From Arcobacteraceae bacterium (lineage in GTDB: Bacteria; Campylobacterota; Campylobacteria; Campylobacterales; Arcobacteraceae), in the NCBI GenBank assembly GCA_048268245.1, contig JBLWVX010000008.1:1-64000 (forward strand): 64,000 nucleotides of DNA. Reading direction: 5' to 3'. Positions within the stretch are counted from its first letter, which is position 1, and each line of letters starts with the position of its first letter. The translations under genes and the position numbers were made by a program. This document shows positions 28,566-38,587 of this stretch, one piece after another. The notes beneath the pieces are model-generated. The model searched no databases and was not told the origin of the DNA. It worked only from the letters and a program-made list of their open reading frames with translations.

Positions 28566-29525
28566 ATGAATTTTAATGAGATTATTAAAGATGTTTTATT
28601 AACAGAAGCAAAAGAGATAGAAAAAGCAGCAGCTAATCTATCTTTTGATATCGATAAAGCTGTTGATATGATAGTTAACACTAAAGGTAAACTAATTGTT
28701 ACAGGTGTTGGGAAATCAGGCCTTGTAGGTTCAAAAATTGCTGCTACTCTTGCAAGTACAGGAACTTCATCATTCTTTTTACATCCAACTGAAGCTATGC
28801 ATGGAGATTTAGGAATGATAGGTGAGAATGACATCGTTCTTGGAATTTCATATAGTGGAGAGAGTGAAGAACTTGTACAAATTCTTCCTCATTTAAAAAG
28901 ATTTAATATTCCTTTAATTGCTATGGCAAAAAATGAAAACTCTACTTTAGCTAAGTACTCTGATATATTTATAAATATCAGTGTTGAAAAAGAAGCTTGT
29001 CCTCTTGATACAGCACCTACTTCGTCAACTACATTGACAATGGCAATGGGTGATGCCCTTGCAGTATGTCTTATGAAAAAAAGAGACTTTAAAAAAGAAG
29101 ACTTTGCATCATTCCACCCAGGTGGAAGCTTAGGGAAAAAACTTTTTGTAAAAGTTGATGATTTATTAAGAAAAGAGAATCTTCCTATAGTTTCACGTGA
29201 AACTAAACTAAAAGATGCAATTGTAGTTATGAGTGAAGGTAGACTTGGAAATGTTATTATTACAGACAATAACAAAGTAATTGGTTTATTAAGTGATGGT
29301 GACTTAAGAAGAGCCCTAATGAATGATAGTTTTAGTTTAGATTGTAATGTAGAAGATATTGCAACACTAAATCCTAGAACTTTAAAAAACAAGAACTTAT
29401 TAGCTAGTGATGCCTTATCTATTATAGAAGATTATAAAATCCAACTATTAGTAGTTACTCAAGAGAATGATGAGCTTGTAGGTGTATTACATATACATGA
29501 CCTAATTGAAGCAGGAATAAAATAA
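28566..29525 (+). CDS. kdsD: Arabinose-5-phosphate isomerase (KpsF/GutQ family)
   Basis: GVGKSG, EAMHGDLG, APTSST, FHPGG, CBS pair. Confidence 0.92.
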   Translation: MNFNEIIKDVLLTEAKEIEKAAANLSFDIDKAVDMIVNTKGKLIVTGVGKSGLVGSKIAATLASTGTSSFFLHPTEAMHGDLGMIGENDIVLGISYSGESEELVQILPHLKRFNIPLIAMAKNENSTLAKYSDIFINISVEKEACPLDTAPTSSTTLTMAMGDALAVCLMKKRDFKKEDFASFHPGGSLGKKLFVKVDDLLRKENLPIVSRETKLKDAIVVMSEGRLGNVIITDNNKVIGLLSDGDLRRALMNDSFSLDCNVEDIATLNPRTLKNKNLLASDALSIIEDYKIQLLVVTQENDELVGVLHIHDLIEAGIK

Positions 29526-30349
29526 TGAAAGAAAACAATAACTGGATTAGTACAAAAGAAGAATCTACTGAACCTGTAAGACTAAATAAATTTATATCTC
29601 ATAATAGTAACTTCTCAAGAAGAGAAGCTGATAAGCTAATAGAAGAGGGTAGAGTTAAAGTAAACGGTAAAGTAGTAAATAACTTAGCTACTAAAGTTTT
29701 ACCAAGTGATAAAGTACAAATTGGTAAACAAAATGTAAAACATGAAAAAGACAAATTAATCACAGCAATAGTTTACAATAAACCAAAAGGTGAAATTGTT
29801 TCAAAAAATGATCCTCAAGGAAGAAAAACTATATTTGATTCATTAGGAAAGAAATATAAGCACTTTTTACCTGTAGGTAGACTTGACTATGCCAGTGAAG
29901 GTTTATTGCTTTTGACAGACTCTGTAGAGGCTTTAAATGCACTAGTTCACTCTAATCTTGAAAGAGTTTATAAAATCAAAGTAAATGGTGAAATCAGTAA
30001 ACAAGTTGAAGATGCTATGCAAAATGGTTTAGAACTTGAAGATGCAACTGTTGGAGCACATAAAAATTCGAAAATTAAAGAAATGACTTTTAAACCATTT
30101 TTAGCTTATGATATTCAAAGAAATGAATCAAACTTTTCAAGAATCAAAGTAGTAATTAATGAAGGTAAAAACAGGGAATTAAGAAGATTCTTTGGACATT
30201 TTGGATTAGATGTTTTAGACTTAAAAAGATTAGAATTTGGTGGAGTATCGTTAAATAATTTACCAACAGGAAAATCTAGATTTTTAACAAGAGAAGAGTA
30301 TAGAAACCTAAGACACTTTTTAAACGAAGATGACAGATCTAGCAAATAA
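29525..30349 (+). CDS. rluB: RsuA/RluB-family rRNA pseudouridine synthase
   Basis: S4 domain, VGRLD, EGKNRELRR. Confidence 0.85.
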   Translation: MKENNNWISTKEESTEPVRLNKFISHNSNFSRREADKLIEEGRVKVNGKVVNNLATKVLPSDKVQIGKQNVKHEKDKLITAIVYNKPKGEIVSKNDPQGRKTIFDSLGKKYKHFLPVGRLDYASEGLLLLTDSVEALNALVHSNLERVYKIKVNGEISKQVEDAMQNGLELEDATVGAHKNSKIKEMTFKPFLAYDIQRNESNFSRIKVVINEGKNRELRRFFGHFGLDVLDLKRLEFGGVSLNNLPTGKSRFLTREEYRNLRHFLNEDDRSSK

Positions 30350-31514
30350 ACTAAGACCAACAAGTTTAGAAACTTTTGTTGGTCAATCTCATATAATTTC
30401 AAAAGACAAAGCCCTTTATAAACTTATAAAACAAAAAGATATACCCCACTTATTTTTTTATGGAAAACCAGGAACTGGAAAAACAACACTAGCAAAAATT
30501 ATTGCAAAAGAAATAAATACTGACTACTATTATTTCAATGCTACATCTATAAAGGTTGAAGACTTAAGAAAAGTATTTGATAGATATAAAAATGCTTTAA
30601 TAAAACCCTTAGTTTTTATAGATGAAGTACATAGATTATCAAAAAATCAACAAGAAGTTTTACTACCAATAATGGAAAACTATGATGCTATAATTATTGG
30701 TGCTAGTACAGAAAATCCATTTTTTACTCTAACAAATGCTATAAGGTCAAGATCTTTTCTTTATGAATTTAAAGCTTTTACAAAAATAGAAATGGAAAAA
30801 ATACTTTTCATAGCCACAGATGAAGTAGATATAAAACTATCAAATGAAGCTAAGGAGTATCTAATAGTCTCAAGTAGTGGTGATGCAAGAGCGATGTTGA
30901 CACTTTTAAATTTTTCATATAAAGTATCAAAAAATATTGATGTGTCTTTATTAAAAGAATTAAGAGAGAATGTAATAGGGGATGGGGTATCATCTTCTGA
31001 TACACATTATGACTTAGCAAGTGCTATGATAAAATCTATTAGAGGCTCAAATGTTGATGCAGCACTATACTACTTGGCAAGACTAATAAATGGAGGGGAG
31101 AGTGTAGACTTTATTACAAGAAGACTTGTGATATTTGCTAGTGAAGATATTGGAAATGCAAACCCAAATGCTTTAAATTTAGCAGTAAGTACTATGCATG
31201 CTTGTAATAAGATAGGTTATCCAGAATCAAGAATTATGTTAGGTCAATGTATTATATACCTAGCAAGCTCCCCTAAGTCAAATAGTGCATATAAAGCGAT
31301 AAATAAAGCCCTTAGTGAAGTTAAAAATGGTAGAATACTAGAAATACCAAAACATTTAGATTCACAGCATATAGGCTATAAATATCCTCATGATTATGGT
31401 GGTTATGTAGAACAACAGTATCTAGATAAACCTTTAGAATTATATGAGAGTTTAAATATAGGCTTTGAAAAAACCTTAAATGACTGGTTAGAAAAAATAA
31501 AAAATATAAAATAA
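30330..31514 (+). CDS. rarA: Replication-associated recombination protein A
   Basis: GKPGTGKTT, FIDEVHR, ASEDIGNA, KSNS. Confidence 0.95.
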   Translation: MTDLANKLRPTSLETFVGQSHIISKDKALYKLIKQKDIPHLFFYGKPGTGKTTLAKIIAKEINTDYYYFNATSIKVEDLRKVFDRYKNALIKPLVFIDEVHRLSKNQQEVLLPIMENYDAIIIGASTENPFFTLTNAIRSRSFLYEFKAFTKIEMEKILFIATDEVDIKLSNEAKEYLIVSSSGDARAMLTLLNFSYKVSKNIDVSLLKELRENVIGDGVSSSDTHYDLASAMIKSIRGSNVDAALYYLARLINGGESVDFITRRLVIFASEDIGNANPNALNLAVSTMHACNKIGYPESRIMLGQCIIYLASSPKSNSAYKAINKALSEVKNGRILEIPKHLDSQHIGYKYPHDYGGYVEQQYLDKPLELYESLNIGFEKTLNDWLEKIKNIK

Positions 31515-31525
31515 AAGGAATAGAT

Positions 31526-32041
31526 TTGGAATATTATACTTGGATACTTACTTTTCACGTTGTAGCATTTATGTCATGGATGGCAATGCTATTTTACCTT
31601 CCTAGACTTTTCGTTTATCATGTTGAAAACTATGAGAAAAAAGAGTTTGTTGAAATAGTAAAAATTCAAGAATTTAAAATCTATAAATATATAGGTGCTC
31701 CTGCAATGTGGGCAACTATTGCTAGTGGTGCACTAATGTTAGCACTTAATAGCTCAATTTTAAGTTCTGGTGGTTGGATGCATGCAAAACTAACTGTATT
31801 AGCTTTCTTAATTGTATACTCATTTTCATTAGAAAAATATAGAAAAGAACTAGCAACTGATACTTGTAAAAAAAGTGGCAAATTCTTTAGAATGTATAAT
31901 GAAATACCAACAATGCTAGCAATTTTGATTGTAGGTTATGTTATTACAAAATCAGTATCAGTAATCTTTACAGTAGCAACAATTGCTTTATTTGCCTTTG
32001 TAGGATATATGATAATGAAACCTAAAAAGGATAAAAACTAA
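31526..32041 (+). CDS. hemJ: Protoporphyrinogen oxidase HemJ
   Basis: FYLPRLFVYH, FFRMYNEIPT. Confidence 0.93.
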   Translation: MEYYTWILTFHVVAFMSWMAMLFYLPRLFVYHVENYEKKEFVEIVKIQEFKIYKYIGAPAMWATIASGALMLALNSSILSSGGWMHAKLTVLAFLIVYSFSLEKYRKELATDTCKKSGKFFRMYNEIPTMLAILIVGYVITKSVSVIFTVATIALFAFVGYMIMKPKKDKN

Positions 32042-33441
32042 TGTCTTTTGATAAATACTATGTATTAGATACAAATATCTTACTAGAAGATGCAAATAAC
32101 ATCTTTAAATTATCACAAGAGGGTACAAACCTTATTATACTTCCTGAAACAGTATTAGATGAAATTGATACTAAAAAAAGTGGATTTGACGAAATAAACT
32201 TTCAAGCAAGAGAGTTTGCTAGAATACTTGAAAACTCTAAAATCAACTTCTCGAAAAGTCAAAATGAATACAAAATCATAAGACTAACAATAAATGAAAA
32301 TACAAATATTGATGTAATTTCAAAAAATACTTATGATGTTAAAACTAATAGTACATCACTAAATATCATCAATGACAGAAAGATATTAGAAGTGGCAACT
32401 TTTGCCAAAGAGTATTATAAAAAAGACATAGAGTTTATATCACTTGATATAATGGCTAGAACAAGAGCTATATCACTTGATATAAAAACTGACTCATTAA
32501 CAGCTTCTGAAAAAGGGGAGTTTGATTATAGATTTGTTAAAGAGATTACAATAGACTTTAATCAACAAGAAGATCTAGATAATGAAGAAATTATAAAATT
32601 TGATAAAGAATATGAACCTCATAATTATTCATATTGCTTCAAAATAAAATCATCTGATCAAATAATATTAGCAACAATACAAAACAAAAGAATTAGACTT
32701 TTAGATGAAGGTGATGTAAGAAATCAAATAATAACACCTTTAAATAAAGAACAACTATTCTTTTCAAATGCATTATTAAACCACTTTTATAATGTACTAA
32801 TAGTTGAAGCAAAAGCAGGTTCAGGTAAAACTTTACTTGCATTAAGTGCAGCATTAAGACTTGTTAGGCAAAAGAACTATCAAAGAGTTATATATATAAG
32901 AAACTCTGTGGAATCACTTGATAAAGGTGAAGATGTAGGATACTTACCTGGACTTGAAGAAAAATTTAAAATTTATAATCATCCACTTATGGATAGTTTA
33001 GACTATATAATAAGAAGTGAATATAAAAAGAAAAAATCAAAAAAGAATCCAGAAAACATCCCAGAATTGGATGAAAATGAAGTAACTACAAGAATAGAGC
33101 AGATGATTAGTAACTATAGTATTGAAACTATGTGGGTAGGAGAAATGAGAGGTAGAACTTTATCTAATGCTTTTGTAATTATAGATGAAGCTCAAAATAT
33201 GTCTAATAAAACTATGCAAATGGTTCTATCTAGAATAGATAACTCTTGTAAAGTAGTTGTATTAGGTTCAAACAAACAGATTGATAACTTCTATGTAAAT
33301 AAATATACCAACTCACTAACCACTCTATTAAAGGCTACAAGACACGAAAATAGTTTAGTTAATACTTTTGCCATTAAATTAGAGAAAGTCCTTAGAGGGC
33401 CAATTACTGAATGGGCTGAGCAAATTTTTTCAAATAAATAA
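32041..33441 (+). CDS. PIN-PhoH (PhoH2/YlaK-like) protein
   Basis: N-terminal YVLDTN PIN domain; AGSGKT, GYLPG, RGRTL, IIDEAQN. Confidence 0.9.
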   Translation: MSFDKYYVLDTNILLEDANNIFKLSQEGTNLIILPETVLDEIDTKKSGFDEINFQAREFARILENSKINFSKSQNEYKIIRLTINENTNIDVISKNTYDVKTNSTSLNIINDRKILEVATFAKEYYKKDIEFISLDIMARTRAISLDIKTDSLTASEKGEFDYRFVKEITIDFNQQEDLDNEEIIKFDKEYEPHNYSYCFKIKSSDQIILATIQNKRIRLLDEGDVRNQIITPLNKEQLFFSNALLNHFYNVLIVEAKAGSGKTLLALSAALRLVRQKNYQRVIYIRNSVESLDKGEDVGYLPGLEEKFKIYNHPLMDSLDYIIRSEYKKKKSKKNPENIPELDENEVTTRIEQMISNYSIETMWVGEMRGRTLSNAFVIIDEAQNMSNKTMQMVLSRIDNSCKVVVLGSNKQIDNFYVNKYTNSLTTLLKATRHENSLVNTFAIKLEKVLRGPITEWAEQIFSNK

Positions 33442-33454
33442 AAATGTATAATAA

Positions 33455-33484
33455 AGTGTATTAAAAAACATAATTTAATACACT
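33455..33484 (+). terminator. Hairpin after PIN-PhoH gene
   Basis: agtgtattaaa / tttaatacact 11-bp inverted repeat. Confidence 0.5.
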
Positions 33485-33671
33485 CTATTTATCAATATAA
33501 TATATCTCCAATCTAAAATCTTTCACATCAAAATTCTTAAGCTTAGTATGACTTTTAAATCAAATATATATACATATATTTATTAGTTGAGCATTACTGT
33601 TACTATAGTTAAGTTAGTAGTCTAACTAATACCATTACAAAATAAAATTATAAAACTAATACTCTAATTTG

Positions 33672-33698
33672 TGTTATAATACATACTATAATATGTAT
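33672..33698 (+). promoter_or_regulatory. Extended -10 with overlapping inverted-repeat operator
   Basis: TGTTATAAT at 33672-33680; ATACATA-N6-TATGTAT at 33679-33698. Confidence 0.5.
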
Positions 33699-33708
33699 AG
33701 GAGTTATA

Positions 33709-34095
33709 ATGAACTTATTACAATACACATCAAAAGAGATGTTTTCATCTACAGAATTAATCAGAAAAAGTAAAATGATTTTTGATAAATTATCTGATGA
33801 AGAAATAGAAAAAGCAGTAATATTAAGAGATGGAAAGCCAAGTTTTATTCTTTTAGATTTTGATAAATATGAATCAATAATTGAAGAGTATGATAACTTA
33901 ATAAAAGAGAATAAGAAATTAAAAGAAAAAAAGAAAAATGAAACAACATCAAAAGATATAAATAAAAAAGAAGATGAGATTAGTAGTGATGAATTAGAAG
34001 AAGCACTAGCACAAATTGAGCAGTTAGATATATCATTAAATAAAAAAGATGAGTCTATAAAAAAACAAGAAGCACTTAAAGACTTTTGGGAATAA
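33709..34095 (+). CDS. Phd/YefM-like domain protein with acidic C-terminus
   Basis: FSSTELIRKSKMIFDKL...AVILRDGKPSFILLDFDKYE resembles the Phd/YefM N-domain (by eye). Confidence 0.55.
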   Translation: MNLLQYTSKEMFSSTELIRKSKMIFDKLSDEEIEKAVILRDGKPSFILLDFDKYESIIEEYDNLIKENKKLKEKKKNETTSKDINKKEDEISSDELEEALAQIEQLDISLNKKDESIKKQEALKDFWE

Positions 34096-34097
34096 AT

Positions 34098-35708
34098 ATG
34101 CAATATGATGTAATAGTTATTGGAGCAGGGGCTTCAGGTCTAACAGCTGCATTAAATGCAAAAAAAAATGGAGCAAAAGTAGCAGTTATAACAAAAACAC
34201 TTCCTACTCATTCTCAAACTGTACAAGCACAAGGTGGTATAAATGCTGTTTTATATGAAGACGATGATAGTATAGAACAACATGTAGATGATACTTATAA
34301 AGGATCATACAATATATCAAATAAGCAAAATATTCAATTCATGTGTGAAAATGCTAAAGATACTATTACCTGGCTTGATAGTATTGGTGTTCCATTTAAT
34401 AGAAATGAAAAAAATCAAATTGCTCAAAGAAAGTTTGGAGGAACAAAAAAAATACGAACTTGTTATAGTAGTGACTATACAGGCTTAAAGATAGTTCATA
34501 CACTTTATGATCAATGTATATCTAATGATATAAAGTTTTATAATGAGCATCAAGTACTAGAACTAATTGTATCTAAAAACCAATGTTATGGATGTATTGC
34601 TTATGATATAGTTGATGGTAAAGTTAAAGAATTTTTATCAACAAGTACTATACTAGCAACAGGTGGATATGCAGGTATATATAAAAATTATACAACAAAC
34701 TCTTTATCAACTACTGCTGATGGAATCGCAATTGCTTTTAAAGCAGGAGCAAATTTATCTAATATGGAATTTATTCAATTCCATCCAACAACATTAGAAA
34801 ATACAAATATTCTTATTAGTGAAAGTGCTAGAGGAGAGGGCGGTTTTTTACTAGATCAAAATGAAAAAAGATTTATTGATGAACTATCTACAAGAGATGA
34901 AATATCAAGAGAGATATTTAAGAGAACTGTAAAAGGTGAAAAAGTATATCTAGATTTAAGACATATTAAAAAAGAAAAACTTGAAGAATTAATTCCACAA
35001 GAAATGAGACTTGCAAGTGAGTTTTCAAATGTAGATATATCAAAAGAGCTTTTACCTATTACACCTGCAGCGCATTATTCAATGGGTGGAATCAAAACAG
35101 ATTTAAATACAAATACTTCTATAAAATCACTTTATGCTTGTGGAGAGTGTGCTCAAATTGATGTTCATGGTGCAAATAGACTAGGGGGCAACTCACTACT
35201 TGAAATAGTGACTTTTGGAAAAGTTGCAGGACTTAATGCAGCAAGAAATACAAATGACACATCAATAGATAAAGAAATCATAAATACATTTATAAATCAA
35301 AATAAATCGAAAATAAAGACTTTACTACAAAGAGATAAATCAAGTAAATCAATATATAAACTAAAAAATACCCTAGGGAATTCACTCTTTATAAAAGCAG
35401 GTTTATTTAGAAATGAAGAGACTTTATTGTCACTAAATAAAGAACTAAAGCTTATTGAAACTTCACTTGATACAGTTCATATTGAAGATAAATCAATTAT
35501 ATATAATAAAAATCTTGTAGAGTATTTTGAATTAGAAAACTCAGTTGCTATCTCTAAGATATTAGTATTTAGTGCTTTAAAAAGAAAAGAGAGTAGAGGC
35601 TCTCACTATAGAGAAGACTTTAATAAAGTAGATGAACTTTATGAGAAAGCTTCTATAGTTAGTAGAAAGAACAATGAATTAAAACTTACATTTGAGGATA
35701 TAAAATGA
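34098..35708 (+). CDS. SdhA/FrdA-family flavoprotein subunit
   Basis: GAGASG, AQGG, ATGG, QFHPT, ESARGEGG, HYSMGG, HGANRLGGNSL, ESRGSHYR; ATG 34098. Confidence 0.88.
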   Translation: MQYDVIVIGAGASGLTAALNAKKNGAKVAVITKTLPTHSQTVQAQGGINAVLYEDDDSIEQHVDDTYKGSYNISNKQNIQFMCENAKDTITWLDSIGVPFNRNEKNQIAQRKFGGTKKIRTCYSSDYTGLKIVHTLYDQCISNDIKFYNEHQVLELIVSKNQCYGCIAYDIVDGKVKEFLSTSTILATGGYAGIYKNYTTNSLSTTADGIAIAFKAGANLSNMEFIQFHPTTLENTNILISESARGEGGFLLDQNEKRFIDELSTRDEISREIFKRTVKGEKVYLDLRHIKKEKLEELIPQEMRLASEFSNVDISKELLPITPAAHYSMGGIKTDLNTNTSIKSLYACGECAQIDVHGANRLGGNSLLEIVTFGKVAGLNAARNTNDTSIDKEIINTFINQNKSKIKTLLQRDKSSKSIYKLKNTLGNSLFIKAGLFRNEETLLSLNKELKLIETSLDTVHIEDKSIIYNKNLVEYFELENSVAISKILVFSALKRKESRGSHYREDFNKVDELYEKASIVSRKNNELKLTFEDIK

Positions 35709-36436
35709 AGTTAAAAATAAATAGACTCAATAAAGATACAAATGACTTTAATACTTTTGAATTTGAAGTATCCCAAGAAAATCTTTTAAAAGCATTAGAA
35801 GAAATTAAAACAAATGATGACTCAACTTTAACATATAGATGTGGTTGTAAAAGTGGTGTTTGTGGTTCATGTACTGTGAGAGTAAATGGTGTAGAAAAAC
35901 TAGCTTGTAGAACAAATATAAAAGAGGGTGATTTAGTTGAACCTCTAAGAAATTCAAAAGTTATAAAAGATTTAGTTGTAGATGTTTCACATGAAACATT
36001 GCTAATTAAAAAAACAAATATAGGCATAAAAGAGTCATCTACTCTAAATATATCTCAATCAGATGTACTGAAAATAGATATACAAAGTAATTGTATTTTA
36101 TGTAATGCTTGTTATAGTTCTTGTCCAGTGTACGATATAAATAAAGAGTTCTTAGGACCATTTGCATTAACAAAAGCACTTAGATATGAAAATGATGTAA
36201 AGTCACAAAATGAAGAAATTATAAATAGTGTTCAAACAAATGCTATTTGGGATTGTACATTATGTAGTGCTTGTACATTTGTATGTCCACAAGGGATAGA
36301 CCCTAAAATGGATATTATGCAATTACAAAATATATCTTCACAAAAAGGATATACTAATCCTTATATGAATAGTTTTGATAATAGTATGGGATTTGACAGT
36401 AATAATTTTGGATTTGATCCAAATGGAAGCTTTTAA
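35705..36436 (+). CDS. SdhB/FrdB-family iron-sulfur subunit
   Basis: CKSGVCGSC...LAC [2Fe-2S]; CILCNACYSSCP and CTLCSACTFVCP. Confidence 0.9.
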   Translation: MKLKINRLNKDTNDFNTFEFEVSQENLLKALEEIKTNDDSTLTYRCGCKSGVCGSCTVRVNGVEKLACRTNIKEGDLVEPLRNSKVIKDLVVDVSHETLLIKKTNIGIKESSTLNISQSDVLKIDIQSNCILCNACYSSCPVYDINKEFLGPFALTKALRYENDVKSQNEEIINSVQTNAIWDCTLCSACTFVCPQGIDPKMDIMQLQNISSQKGYTNPYMNSFDNSMGFDSNNFGFDPNGSF

Positions 36437-36437
36437 T

Positions 36438-36465
36438 ATTTAAGAGCAGAAAACTGCTCTTAAAT
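36438..36465. terminator. Bidirectional terminator hairpin
   Basis: atttaagagcag / ctgctcttaaat between convergent genes. Confidence 0.75.
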
Positions 36466-36471
36466 TTAATA

Positions 36472-37539
36472 TTATAAATTATCTTTTAAATATAAATAAT
36501 CAGACATTTTAGTCCACTCTCTAGCTTTTTTCATATAAGCATCTTGTGAATCTAATACCTCTTTTAATAAAGGGCTTTTAGCTGACATCTCTTCTCTTAA
36601 CTCTTGATTTGCTTTTTTCATAGCATCCATAATCTCTTTTGGAAAAGTTTTAACTTTAATATTTGGTTGCTCTTTTTTCATCTTTGCCCATGCTGTTGCA
36701 TTCATATCATAGTTCTGAATGTACATGTCATAAGCACTAACTCTAATAGCAGTAGTTAAAATAATTTGTAAATCTTTTGGTAGTTTATTAAACTTTCTTT
36801 TATTTACTATAACTTGTAATTCTGATGCTGGCTCATGCCAACCTGTATAGTAATAAGGAGCAATTTTATGAAATCCCATATTTATATCCATTGATGGTCC
36901 TACCCACTCAAGTGCATCAATTGTATTTCTATCTAAAGCTGTATATAATTCACCTGGAGCTATGTTAGTAACTTGAATACCAAGTTTAGCCATAACTTCT
37001 CCTGCAAATCCTGGAATTCTCATCTTAAGACCTTTTAAATCTTCAAGTGTCCTAATCTCTTTTCTAAAGAAACCACCCATTTGAACACCTGTATTTCCAC
37101 CAGGGAAAGATAAGATATTATGTTTAGAGTAAACTTTTTGCATTAATTCTAAACCACCACCATAATAGAACCATGCATATTGTTCAGGTGCAGTTAAACC
37201 AAAAGGCATTGAAGTAAATGGTAAAGTGTTTATATCTTTACCTTTCCAATAGTAAGAAGCAGTATGACCCATGTCATATTGTCCACCTTTTACCATATCA
37301 AGAACACCTAAAGGTGCTTTATGTTTATTTGCTGAATCAACTTTAATAAGTAATCTTCCATTTGACATTTCATTTGCCATTTTAGATATGTTGTTTGCAG
37401 TATCAATAAGTGGAGTTGCAGTTTTACCCCATGTTGTAGCCATCTTTAATTTATAAACTTTCTCTTTTGCTTGTGCAGACATTGACATTGCAATAAGTAT
37501 TACAGATGTTACACCTAATTTTCCTATCATTTTTTTCAT
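36472..37539 (-). CDS. TRAP transporter substrate-binding protein (DctP/TakP-like)
   Basis: GNTGVQMGG, DLKGLKMRIPG, IDALEWVGP, YYTGWHEP. Confidence 0.92.
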   Translation of the reverse strand: MKKMIGKLGVTSVILIAMSMSAQAKEKVYKLKMATTWGKTATPLIDTANNISKMANEMSNGRLLIKVDSANKHKAPLGVLDMVKGGQYDMGHTASYYWKGKDINTLPFTSMPFGLTAPEQYAWFYYGGGLELMQKVYSKHNILSFPGGNTGVQMGGFFRKEIRTLEDLKGLKMRIPGFAGEVMAKLGIQVTNIAPGELYTALDRNTIDALEWVGPSMDINMGFHKIAPYYYTGWHEPASELQVIVNKRKFNKLPKDLQIILTTAIRVSAYDMYIQNYDMNATAWAKMKKEQPNIKVKTFPKEIMDAMKKANQELREEMSAKSPLLKEVLDSQDAYMKKAREWTKMSDYLYLKDNL

Positions 37540-37619
37540 AAATACTCCTATATATAAATTTTGTTTTGAATTATATATTTATAGCAGTATTATTTAGCTT
37601 ATGTGATAGTGTGAGTTAT

Positions 37620-38237
37620 TTATATGATACAGTCTTTTATTTTATTAGTTTTGTTCCAGTTGATAGTTTTAAATTCAGGCTCATCGTAAAACTCATTAAC
37701 ATAACCAAAACATAAGTATCCAATAAACTTATACTCTTTTTTATCTATATCAAGAATTTTATTTACTTTTTTTGGCTTTAAGATAGAAACCCATCCCATT
37801 CCAATATTCATAGCTCTTGCAGTTAGCCACATATTTAGAATTGCACAAACAACAGAATATTCTCCTGTTCTTTTCATATATGTTTGTCCTAATACATTGT
37901 TCTTAGGCTTTTTATAATATACAGCAATATTAATATTAGATTCTTTGATACCTTCAAGTTTTAAAGAGTTATATATAGGTCTGTCTTTAAATTTTGATTT
38001 ACTTTTATCAAAAGAGTTTTTAAAGTGTTTATATACTTTATCTTTTTGTTTATCATCAACAATAACAAATCTCCAAGGTTGAGAGTATCCAACAGATGGA
38101 GCATGTAATGCAGCATTTAAAATTCTATTTAGTTTTTTTTGTGAGATTTTTTTTGAAGTAAAACTATTGCCTCTAACATCTCGTCTAGAAGCAATAATTT
38201 TTTCAAGAGCTTTTAGCTCTTTTTTTGTAAAGTTCAT
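37620..38237 (-). CDS. bluB: 5,6-dimethylbenzimidazole synthase
   Basis: RRDVR, APSVGYSQPWRF, LKLEGIKE, GMGWVSI. Confidence 0.88.
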   Translation of the reverse strand: MNFTKKELKALEKIIASRRDVRGNSFTSKKISQKKLNRILNAALHAPSVGYSQPWRFVIVDDKQKDKVYKHFKNSFDKSKSKFKDRPIYNSLKLEGIKESNINIAVYYKKPKNNVLGQTYMKRTGEYSVVCAILNMWLTARAMNIGMGWVSILKPKKVNKILDIDKKEYKFIGYLCFGYVNEFYDEPEFKTINWNKTNKIKDCII

Positions 38238-38539
38238 TAAACAGTAAAATCGTGTAAGTCTTTAAATAAAAAGGCTTCAACAATTTCATCTATACTTTTT
38301 TGTGTTGGAGCAATTAAAGCAATAATTCCTTCATCCATAAAAGGCCATACATACTCTTTATCATTTATTACAACAACAGCATCAATCCACTCTAAAATAT
38401 CTTCTCTTCTATCATAAAATTCAACATCAGAAATTTTACCTTCATCTAAAGTAATAAAAGCCCATGCTTTATTCTCTTCAATAGATGCGATATTACATTC
38501 ATGTCTACTTTTATTATCAACAGGTATTAGTACTGTCAT
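38237..38539 (-). CDS. Hypothetical protein (possibly NifB/NifX-like fold)
   Basis: 100-aa ORF with GAGGA SD, coupled to bluB; fold is a guess. Confidence 0.55.
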   Translation of the reverse strand: MTVLIPVDNKSRHECNIASIEENKAWAFITLDEGKISDVEFYDRREDILEWIDAVVVINDKEYVWPFMDEGIIALIAPTQKSIDEIVEAFLFKDLHDFTV

Positions 38540-38587
38540 AAATCCTCTTTTCTTTTTTATATTCTTAGGATTTTACAATTTTTTATC

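Noticed and set aside
33581..33631. Weak inverted repeat tattagtt/aactaata in the PhoH intergenic region
   Set aside because: 8-bp AT-rich stem without clear promoter or terminator; expected by chance.
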